Shown: positions 56,501-64,000 of the stretch, one piece after another
Layout of the letters: every line of letters begins with the position of its first letter
Numbering within the stretch: the first letter of the stretch is position 1
NCBI GenBank assembly: GCA_030167865.1
Contig: JALAGF010004075.1
Coordinates: 62,001-126,000 of the forward strand
Direction: 5' to 3'
DNA: 64,000 bases
Source of the DNA: Craspedostauros australis
Lineage: Eukaryota
Translations under genes and position numbers: made by a program
The notes under the pieces: generated by a model
What the model was told of the DNA's origin: nothing
What the model saw: the letters and a program-made list of their open reading frames with translations, nothing else
Databases searched by the model: none

Positions 56501-58599
56501 CTGGTGCCGTCTTCGCTCTCAGCAGCGGAACCGCGGCCTTCGCGATTGCTGGAGCTGCGTCAAGCATGCTGGGAGCAACCGCAACAGCCGCTGCGCTGAC
56601 CACTCCCATATCGACCATCTTCGGTGTTGGGGGTGGAGGTCTCGCGGCGTACAAGATGCAGCGACGGACGCAGGGCCTGACGGAGTTCGACTTTTGCAAG
56701 GAAAAGAACGGAAGGCATTCCGGAGGAGGCAGCGCGGGAGATGGCAAAGGGGGTGCGTCGAAGCCAGGTTTGGTGAAGAAAGGGAAGCATCAGAACAGCG
56801 ACCTTGAGAATGACAAGCAAGATATCGAAGCTGACCTCTTCAGCGTCATCTGCATCTCTGGTTGGCTGACAGATAGCTACGACTATCAGAGACCTTGGGG
56901 TGTGCAGCCGACGAGACCGCGCCTTACCAGCCGATTGGAGCTGCTTGAACGGTTCTATGCCGTGCACAGCCCCGAGCACGTCCCGAAATGTGCCAAGATC
57001 TTGGCATGCTGGAAGGGAGAGGAGGATAGATTGTGGGATGTGCTGCGCCAGAAATACGGCACGGATCCGGACCATCTGTATCCGATTCTGAACAAGCCGC
57101 ACGAACAGTGGAGCCTCACGTTGGAGCAAGAAGAAGTGGTCGATGGATTGTTCGTGGAGCTCGGCTACAACAGCGTGGCTCCCAAGAAGGAGCCGGATGT
57201 CGAGAAGGAGGCCAACCCGTTGGAACGGATGCGCAAAGGATGGAAGAATCGCACGAAGGGCCGCTTCCGCCGACGTGGTGCCAAGAATCGTGCTGCCGGC
57301 AATGACGACGAGCCTGGCGACGACGACGATGATGATGGTGGTGACGATGCTGCGGCCGGTGATGGCAACGGAAACAGAGCGAGCACCGGAAGTTTCAGTG
57401 CCAGTGGTAGCATGCGAAGCCTGCGCGGAGCGGAGCTGTCGACGATGAGGGGGGAGGACGTGTCGGAGTTTGGTCGACCGGCAGCAGCGTCACTTCGAGA
57501 AACGACATCGAATGACTCCACGGGATGGGAGGACGTGTCATCGGCCGATCTTGACGATGAGCATCTTGCCGAGCATAAGAAGCAGCAGCAGAAGCTGCCG
57601 AAGCACCTGCCGACCGTGTGGGACTTCAAGTCCAAGTACGGTGGAGAGCTCTACACTGTGCGTTGGGAGAGCAGGCTGCTGAAGACGATTCACGATTGCG
57701 TGATGGATATGGCCATTGACATGATGAGCAGCGCAACAAAGCACCTCCTAAAGCAGACGGCCATGAACGGTCTGCTCGCGGCCATCGCCATGCCCGCCTA
57801 CCTCGTCCACGTCGCGAACATGATCGATGGAGATTGGACGCTGGCAGTCGAGCGCGCGGACGGCGCTGGAAAGGAGCTTGCCAGAACGCTCCTGTTCAGC
57901 AAGGCCGGACGCCGCCCGGTGACGCTGATCGGGTTTTCGTTCGGCGGACGCATCATCTACAACTGCTTGAAGGAGCTGGCGCGATTCCAGGAAGACTGGG
58001 AGGAGCATCAGGAACTCCTGCAGGGAAGAGCCGAGGGCAAACTGAGCACCGCGGACGAAAAGAGATGCAGCACGATGGACAAGAAATTCCACGGGATGCG
58101 AGAACCCGCGAGCATCGTGGAGGACGCCATCCTGATGGGGCTCCCCAACCACCTGAGCTTGGCGTCGTGGCGAGCATGCCGACAGGTAGTGTCAGGAAGG
58201 CTTGTGAATTGTTACTCGACGACGGACATGATCCTTTCCGTAATGTTCCGATCCAAGCGGTTCCGAGTCGGTGGCCTCGACAGCAACGCCGAGGTGCTGC
58301 GGCCGGTGTGCGGCACATGCGCCGTCAAAGTCCCAGGCGTGGAGAACTTCGATGTCTCGGATTTGGTGCCCGGCCACGAAAGCTACTGCACCATGACGGG
58401 CAAGGTCTTGGAACGAATCCGCCTGGGCCATCCTTTGCGATCGTCGTCTTCCGCGGCACCGCCTGCTCCAACCGCCTCATCCGCGACGAATGCAACAGCA
58501 TCGACAAGGCCGGACGGATCGCAGCCCGGCATCGCAGTTGCAGCACCGCAGGTTCAGCGCACCGCAAGCATCTCACGTAAGCTCGAGTACTCGTCATAG
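53554..58599 (+). CDS. TMCO4: TMCO4/DUF726 (Mil1-like) alpha/beta-hydrolase-fold membrane protein with long disordered N-terminus
   Basis: 'GYDARIR', Gly/Ala-rich TM block, 'KMQRRTQGLTEFDF', 'ICISGWL', 'RPVTLIGFSFGGRII' (GxSxG), 'VVSGRLVNCYSTTD', 'VENFDVSDLVPGHESY'. Intronless 1681 aa; start uncertain. Confidence 0.88.
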   Translation: MATNTDSGIVARVLQLPGDANFVGATKSVHPPSFHDAPPSRPPHRSRSKKISMSSSVATTVATTAIVESTLEARITNQEVLPSGDGTFHAQQYPPPSHQHQHQHQNQYHRHSQQHQEQRRYPQHLHLDHTSRQGRDREREPFSSRPPITHRTPTASTTSTASPAPRLTQPAKQTIEPTAATATTATTAATAHLEAVIQPSAANVRIDAERNLVDDRDSAVGSTASSANSSRVFSPPTSSVGAGSTSSTATYYREHYLQQQQQHRNHLYRSPALSLLKSAARSILDDATPSPATPSSQAAFQTTDNQQGEGIFSNASNGDNGNNEETGSAATGDDNTVNSTARSSGFFTNSSFDSAAYLSTWRTKTVQHPISSSTHAHARNHSHNHLPRHQSQQREPHSSAPQAFALRDGTHTRSKQTISPIVDRTNDQWHDSADTKQSQQDHSPPVNQFQGPIFDSPYSLASSSYDEQDAAASSRIVSAHSPATRLTFSTPAQSAVSGTARQVQHSGSATQTTRNGDRPVTANVTSAANRSALSQLASLQVEKMPALPNEQDRKRFLGCLAAILASSYDYDVYEEPKAKTRDGTSEQNSFHEQQAYLDMVEQSTCSLDESEELSSRNMLAEKPSLQPATQSQSMQQQQQRGSLHQSASESFEYTDVDELHHDEVYGNGSSSNEFKQHRPSGVHDSTSISNTPSKRNSSSLMWTKSKSKEKIILAKRRHRRRRYHVMCKLLIQSSDLLLLEGTVGKAFIPMLADVLVPPKPKDKINAANKQNGQSRRGTHEETRTSASPALERSDSDGSQSDLGSSFESLSDLHDLPSEFGEDEVLRPFLESLTPGAGIRCLSLFLLQHLLSSEVGYDARIRHVVKKLGVLVLARDMQHDELESAMERSSDLTDTPSKQRARGKADYDTLLIRATRKFESLESSIAHRIILLSGSPSAKGAAGSNAGAASNATRTDGSSKPRKSGITREQIVRGVKIGSAGLIAGAVFALSSGTAAFAIAGAASSMLGATATAAALTTPISTIFGVGGGGLAAYKMQRRTQGLTEFDFCKEKNGRHSGGGSAGDGKGGASKPGLVKKGKHQNSDLENDKQDIEADLFSVICISGWLTDSYDYQRPWGVQPTRPRLTSRLELLERFYAVHSPEHVPKCAKILACWKGEEDRLWDVLRQKYGTDPDHLYPILNKPHEQWSLTLEQEEVVDGLFVELGYNSVAPKKEPDVEKEANPLERMRKGWKNRTKGRFRRRGAKNRAAGNDDEPGDDDDDDGGDDAAAGDGNGNRASTGSFSASGSMRSLRGAELSTMRGEDVSEFGRPAAASLRETTSNDSTGWEDVSSADLDDEHLAEHKKQQQKLPKHLPTVWDFKSKYGGELYTVRWESRLLKTIHDCVMDMAIDMMSSATKHLLKQTAMNGLLAAIAMPAYLVHVANMIDGDWTLAVERADGAGKELARTLLFSKAGRRPVTLIGFSFGGRIIYNCLKELARFQEDWEEHQELLQGRAEGKLSTADEKRCSTMDKKFHGMREPASIVEDAILMGLPNHLSLASWRACRQVVSGRLVNCYSTTDMILSVMFRSKRFRVGGLDSNAEVLRPVCGTCAVKVPGVENFDVSDLVPGHESYCTMTGKVLERIRLGHPLRSSSSAAPPAPTASSATNATASTRPDGSQPGIAVAAPQVQRTASISRKLEYSS

Positions 58600-59074
58600 A
58601 ACTCTGTTACCATGCTCCATCATGCGAGTACTGGTAATACGTCCGCCGACGCAATGTGACGCTTCGTCAACGGTAATAACCCAAGTCTAAGGGACCCAAA
58701 CTAGAGACAATTGGTGATTCATCCACGAGGAAACAAGACTGCAATCAGTCAGGTTTGATGTGCTTCTTGTTGGGCCAAGAGATGAACACGATGGAAACGC
58801 CAAACACATGACAATGGCGTTGGGGGGAGGAGGGCCGCCGTGATTTTTGCGCGAAGGACGAGCTTGTGGTGTCGCTACGAAGGCATGTCCGGCGTTCATT
58901 GTGAGGCGCACGAGTATGTACTTATGTCTCACGAGTAGGTACCGTATCCACGAGGACATCAGAGAGCCAAGGCGTAATAACAAGAGCGCAAGCGCCTTGC
59001 ATCACCAGGCGCGCAGGCTACGAGCAGCGTACCTGCAGCCGGTAATACGTGTCAAACGAGCATCGCAAGGCAGT

Positions 59075-62000
59075 ATGTCGCAAGTGCATGTGTCAGAGGC
59101 ACAAGACAAAGACCTCGTGCCGATGACATCAACATCATCAACACAGACACCTCCTCCAGTCACAACAGCAACAGCATCAACAGCAACAGCATCAACAGCA
59201 TCAACATCAACTGCCCAACAAAAGCAACAATCTGTAGAAGCTGCCAACCGCAACAACCCCACTAATAGCAGCAGCAGCAGTTGTGATCAATCAGCAATCA
59301 AAGACGAACCATCAAAAGCGAAGCTCCCCTCCAACCCAGCTGCTCGGCAAGGATCATTGCCATCACGAGCGAGATTACAGCCACCACGATCGCCGTCTTC
59401 TTCTTCATCATCCTTGTTACAGCCAAAGCAGCTGCCAACAACGAGAGATTGGAGCCCGAGACTGCTGAGTCCGAGGAGAACGCATTCGCTGGCATTACCA
59501 TTGACATCACAGTTGACATCACCCACACTGTCCGCCAAGAGCCATACGCACAGCAGCAGCCGCACTCACGATCACAAACATGGGCATGGCCAGAGCGCAG
59601 CTCCACTCGTAGAGACGGAATCGCGACAACCGCACGATCTGAGCACGGCTGGTTCGCTGCACGGCTTGCCACCATCTCTGCCTCATCCTCCAACCACGCC
59701 GAGCACCACGCCTCGCAAACCCATCATCAGCAAGCACGTCATTCATCCAACCAAAAGCGACGACAACGTCGACGGCAGCATGCCGATCCCCTCATTGAGA
59801 CGAGCAGCTTCAAATACTGTCGGAGGTGGGATTCCGGGAACGCCAACTGCGTCATCCTCCTTCCACGCTGATGGAGGTGATGCCGCTGCATCCACACAGC
59901 AATCGGCAGCGCATGACGGGATCGATTCAGCGTCTCATCCATCGAACGTCGCATTGCACCGGATACTCGAATGCGACCTTCCGCTGCCGCAGCCCAGACC
60001 TCCCGAAAAGTGTCCGCTGCTTTGCTGTTTCTACGCAGAATTCGACATCAAGGTCGGTCCCAAAATGTGCTTCCAGAGTCCCGCAGGGTTCATGGAGCAG
60101 GACATATCGATCAACAGCCAACGAATACACACGATGCTATCGCAAACGTTCGATGGCTACAAACACCAAATGGTCAGCTCGAGCGATGACGATGACGAAG
60201 ATGACGACATTGAGTCGACTGCGAGTGTTGGTTTGGACGGTAGCTCCGTCACCACCAACACTGACAGTTTCTTGACCAATTCCTCGAAACCAGACAGCAA
60301 TGGCAATCTCCATGGTCTTGGCTTGCAACAATCTTCGCAAGGCAAATTCAGAGACGCCAGACAACAGCAACAACAACGTACCACCAATGGAACATCGTCG
60401 TCATCGACGACCAACGGAACAAAACGCAATGGCAATCATCACGATGCCGAAAACATCCACATCAACACCTCCACCACCACCACCAACAACAACAAAACCA
60501 CCGTCAATGGCAGCAGCACCGCCACCAACGAAACAGTGCCGCTGCACCTCCAACAACAACAGCAACAACAACCTGACGAGGTGGAGCATCAGGACCATCC
60601 AACCATCTTCGAATCAACATCACAATACATCATCGTCACTGGCAGTGAGCTCGCTGGTCACATCATGAGCCTTTCAACCCACGCCATGCACATACTTACT
60701 CGACCAACTATGATAAGTGATGAAAGTTACACCCGCAATGCTCTACTCTTTTGCGTTGGCTTCGTGCTGCGACGCGCCGCGGACCCAAGACCGTACAGGC
60801 CGTTGCTCAAGCAGCTGGCGCTCACGTGGCAGAGCATGGAGGAGGAGGCAGGGTTCCTGTCCAAGCCGGAGCTGCGCAGCGGAATTCAAGCATCCCTCGA
60901 TCGGATCCTCATCTCCCTCAATTCCACCAGGTGGGAATGCAACTTCGTCGCCACCCCGTCCAGCACTATCAACCTCAAGGTGTACAGACCGCCAAAATCA
61001 GAGACCGTGGCGATCTCCGACCACGCCGTGCCCATCCTCCTCGGCGAGAATCTGCACATCGAGCTGTACCACTGGGACCTCGCCATCCAGTGGGTCATCC
61101 AGCACATCGACGGCATGCGAAATGCCATACAAATATCCAAGATCGGCGAGGTGGACCTGCAGATCGTCCGTGCCTGCCTCGGAGTCCTCAAGTACCACGA
61201 CATCATTGAGCTCGTCGACATCTTCATGTACACGAACAGGTACGAATTCACAGAACGCGCAACCTCCCTGATCGCGGGCAACGAACCGAAGCTCCTGCAG
61301 AAGGCCGCCGACTACGTCCTGAAGGATCGCAGCAACAGAACCGCCTTCCCGGTCCAGTCCGTGACTTCCAATCCGATCCGACCCATCCTACCGACTGGGA
61401 TTCGAGGTGGCAATCTGTCGCCCGGCACTTCCCCTCTGGCCAGCCCGTCGCAAGTGGCCACGTCGACGTCCTTTCCTTCTCGTAGGGTCAACTTTGGCGG
61501 TGCGGGCTTCAACAACATCGTGGGCCGCGCCACCCCTACCGCACGTCCGAGGTCGCTGGACAAGGGAAGACCCGTGGCATTGGCATCGCCGACGAAGCAC
61601 GCCGCCAGCAAGTACAAGCCGGCCATCGCGGAACTGTACGCAGCATGCACGCGCGACGCGTCCTTCGGTGACATGTGGATCCAATTGACGAAGGAAGTTG
61701 CGACGGCCGATTCGAAGGAGCACCGCCCGAACAGCAGCAACCGATCGCTGATGCAGCGCGCGTCGACGAACCTTCCGTACCCTCTGTCACCAGGTACATT
61801 CAGCGACTCAGGCGATCACGGTGGCAACTTGTATTACCCGCAGGACACCAGCGAGAGGATGGCCGGATCAGCATCACCCTCCAAGACCAGCACTCATTTG
61901 GATCAACTGAATGCCATGCAACCCAAGGAACCGTCGAAATGGAACTGGGACGAAGTGTTTGAAAACATCGATCACAAGCGCTTCACGTCCTTCGGTCTCA

Positions 62001-62341
62001 TCCACGGCCTGATCCGCCGCGTGCACAACTTCCCCGTCGCCATGCGCGATTCGCCTGCGTCGCCGCTCTCGGCAGCGTTTCTACACCAATCGAGCAGCGT
62101 CGAAGACTTTCCCACTACCACGAGCCTCACGAGGCGATTGTCCATGGATACGAGCAAGGAGATGCGAAGGAGCAGGGCGAAGGAGCTGGCGGGACGCGTG
62201 GCCTCCAAGATGGATGGCAGCAGATGCGACGACGAGTTGGTGTCGGACTTTGAAAGTCCGCTCGAAGATCTCATCAAGCTGGTGGAATCGCATGGCTGGA
62301 CTGTGGCGTCGATGTACGTCGCCACGGACTCTCCCAAATGA
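59075..62341 (+). CDS. NPRL2: GATOR1/SEACIT subunit NPRL2 (Npr2)
   Basis: 'FYAEFDIKVGPKMCFQSP', 'YTRNALLFCVGFV', 'WDLAIQWVIQHIDG', 'DIFMYTNRY', 'IDHKRFTSFGLIHGLIRRVHNFP', 'DGSRCDDEL'. First ATG in frame at 59075. Confidence 0.9.
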   Translation: MSQVHVSEAQDKDLVPMTSTSSTQTPPPVTTATASTATASTASTSTAQQKQQSVEAANRNNPTNSSSSSCDQSAIKDEPSKAKLPSNPAARQGSLPSRARLQPPRSPSSSSSSLLQPKQLPTTRDWSPRLLSPRRTHSLALPLTSQLTSPTLSAKSHTHSSSRTHDHKHGHGQSAAPLVETESRQPHDLSTAGSLHGLPPSLPHPPTTPSTTPRKPIISKHVIHPTKSDDNVDGSMPIPSLRRAASNTVGGGIPGTPTASSSFHADGGDAAASTQQSAAHDGIDSASHPSNVALHRILECDLPLPQPRPPEKCPLLCCFYAEFDIKVGPKMCFQSPAGFMEQDISINSQRIHTMLSQTFDGYKHQMVSSSDDDDEDDDIESTASVGLDGSSVTTNTDSFLTNSSKPDSNGNLHGLGLQQSSQGKFRDARQQQQQRTTNGTSSSSTTNGTKRNGNHHDAENIHINTSTTTTNNNKTTVNGSSTATNETVPLHLQQQQQQQPDEVEHQDHPTIFESTSQYIIVTGSELAGHIMSLSTHAMHILTRPTMISDESYTRNALLFCVGFVLRRAADPRPYRPLLKQLALTWQSMEEEAGFLSKPELRSGIQASLDRILISLNSTRWECNFVATPSSTINLKVYRPPKSETVAISDHAVPILLGENLHIELYHWDLAIQWVIQHIDGMRNAIQISKIGEVDLQIVRACLGVLKYHDIIELVDIFMYTNRYEFTERATSLIAGNEPKLLQKAADYVLKDRSNRTAFPVQSVTSNPIRPILPTGIRGGNLSPGTSPLASPSQVATSTSFPSRRVNFGGAGFNNIVGRATPTARPRSLDKGRPVALASPTKHAASKYKPAIAELYAACTRDASFGDMWIQLTKEVATADSKEHRPNSSNRSLMQRASTNLPYPLSPGTFSDSGDHGGNLYYPQDTSERMAGSASPSKTSTHLDQLNAMQPKEPSKWNWDEVFENIDHKRFTSFGLIHGLIRRVHNFPVAMRDSPASPLSAAFLHQSSSVEDFPTTTSLTRRLSMDTSKEMRRSRAKELAGRVASKMDGSRCDDELVSDFESPLEDLIKLVESHGWTVASMYVATDSPK

Positions 62342-62566
62342 CGAGGATGGTATACTAGTAGTGCCGAGTAGAATAGAGGATGGAGCCGAGCATCATGGTC
62401 GAATGGCAGTCGTGTAGTCCAGCAGCGTGTGGAGGTTACTGTGGTGACCACAATCCACTCTTGACATGGTGAAGTAGACTGCATGTAGAGATAGGCATAG
62501 CACAATCCTCGCGAACGAGACAACGTGTCTGCGCGTTCTGGTCGTCTTGAGACAGATCCTTCAACA

Positions 62567-63481
62567 TCAATTCGACTTGGGTACAGTGTAGAGGACCACG
62601 TTCTTTGATGTTGTCGAGAAATGGAATGGCAGGTCATGCGTCCTGGTGTCACCGCACTTTTCCTTGAGATATTGCAACAGTTCGGGATACAGCCGGACCT
62701 TGCCCCCATTGGCTGGATGTACCCTGTCTGGAAATTCATTTGGAAACACGCAGCACGGCACGACGCAGAATGGTATCCCCAATACCAATGCCAAGTCGAT
62801 GGCGCAATCCGTAGCCTGATCGGGATGGAACCCAACAATCAGCTTGGCCCCTGTCACTGTCTCCCACGCTGCTTCTGCGTCATCTATCTGTCCCTCTGAT
62901 ACGAAGTGCTCCTCGCTGTATCCGAGCGGCTGTGCTTTCTTGCCTTGCTCCAGCGCGTCCTCCCAGAATTCCAACCACCCAACCTTGCCACCTGCGCCAT
63001 CCTCCAACCGTCGTTTGGTTGCATCCACGAGCTGCTGGGTCATGAGTATCCTCAGATGTTTTGGCATGCAAAATTCAACATCATCCGCATTATCCTCGGT
63101 GGTTGCGGATGCGTCGGCCTTTGCGTGGATTGTTGCATTCGTCTTTGCATTCACCCTTGCGTTGGCATCGAGCTTCGGGAGCAGCATTGCGAGCGGTTGG
63201 TACGTTGGCAGTCCAGGTACACAGCGTTTCTGCGCTTCCTCTGGATGCTGACGCAAATACCGCACCGATTTGGAGATGTGGTCCTTCACGACACGCGGGT
63301 CGACGACGGTGGAATCGATCGCATCCACATTCCTCAGCAGCCAGCTCAGGTCTCCCTTCCCACCCGCAGCATCCAGCACGATGGATCCGGGCTTCAGATA
63401 CTCGCCGTACGTCCGCATCAGAAACTCGCGGAAGACGTAGACCCTTGCCTTCCTCGACGATGCGCGTGTGCTGTCCACCAT
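62567..63481 (-). CDS. Class I SAM-dependent methyltransferase-like protein
   Basis: Motif I 'VLDAAGGKGDLS', 'TVVDPR', 'IVGFHPDQATD', 'PFCVVPCCVFP', terminal 'KNVVLY'. Substrate unknown. Confidence 0.8.
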   Translation of the reverse strand: MVDSTRASSRKARVYVFREFLMRTYGEYLKPGSIVLDAAGGKGDLSWLLRNVDAIDSTVVDPRVVKDHISKSVRYLRQHPEEAQKRCVPGLPTYQPLAMLLPKLDANARVNAKTNATIHAKADASATTEDNADDVEFCMPKHLRILMTQQLVDATKRRLEDGAGGKVGWLEFWEDALEQGKKAQPLGYSEEHFVSEGQIDDAEAAWETVTGAKLIVGFHPDQATDCAIDLALVLGIPFCVVPCCVFPNEFPDRVHPANGGKVRLYPELLQYLKEKCGDTRTHDLPFHFSTTSKNVVLYTVPKSN

Positions 63482-64000
63482 CTTCAGTGATCCTGGCCAC
63501 TGTTTACAGACATCGAAGGTGCCAACGTTGATGATGTTGACGAGCGTAGCACTGGAGTGGTATGGGTACAAGTATAGTAGGTATGGTGCGTGTACTCCAG
63601 CAGAATGGTCGTAGTTCGACAGTGGCAAAACCTCATTGGTGACGAGAGAGGGAGGAGGTCACCCTCTTCCTGTTGCCTCCAACGCCCACGAAGGAGGTGC
63701 GATCAAGTGCGCCAACAAAGTGACTGGCGTCGGATCACGGGTGACTGAACTTCTCAGACGTGATTGACTGGAAAATGAATAAACCACCTGTCAGACGTCC
63801 GTTCAAGCTCCACGAAACCACAAACACGAACGTGGAAAACAAACACACCAAGAAGAACAAAACACCAAAGTGCGATGTGCTTGGTTGGAAACAGACACAG
63901 ACAAACGACGCCACATCAAGGCACAGCGACCCACCTCGGACGATCACTCTCGACTCCAATCGACTCGACTTGACGAGGGTTCAACAATCAGACGAATCAT

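Noticed and set aside
1-64000. tRNA, rRNA, CRISPR arrays, transposase or reverse transcriptase genes, prokaryotic operons
   Set aside because: None recognised by eye. The window is intron-containing eukaryotic DNA, and its repeats are microsatellites or the single gene duplication. A covariance-model scan would be needed to exclude small RNAs.

Overview
Eukaryotic nuclear DNA, very probably from a diatom. Evidence: GT-AG introns, an ASAFAP-type bipartite plastid presequence on a fucoxanthin-chlorophyll Lhcr gene, and several diatom-type protein families. About 22 protein-coding genes can be supported. In order: 3' end of a triose-phosphate translocator, PTPS-III-type pterin synthase followed by a CpG-decayed tandem pseudocopy, 9-exon helicase-containing Dicer, plastid-type P-loop kinase, M14 carboxypeptidase, Q-rich Cys/His-domain regulator, phosphoglycolate phosphatase, NPF/POT transporter, YqgF, trypsin-fold protein with a His/Asp/Cys triad, SDR, HemW, an acidic hypothetical protein, Lhcr, NTT-type carrier, a hypothetical membrane protein, RPAIN, CRAL-TRIO-like protein, a single-pass D/N/Y-rich protein, TMCO4/DUF726, NPRL2 and a SAM methyltransferase. 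No tRNA, rRNA, CRISPR array or intact transposon was recognised. The most interesting items are the intron-containing 3C-like (Cys-nucleophile) trypsin-fold protein and the methylation-type mutation signature on the PTPS duplicate beside Dicer. Also notable are the Dicer micro-exon and several unnamed conserved-looking domains. All exon models and family calls were made by eye, without database searches.
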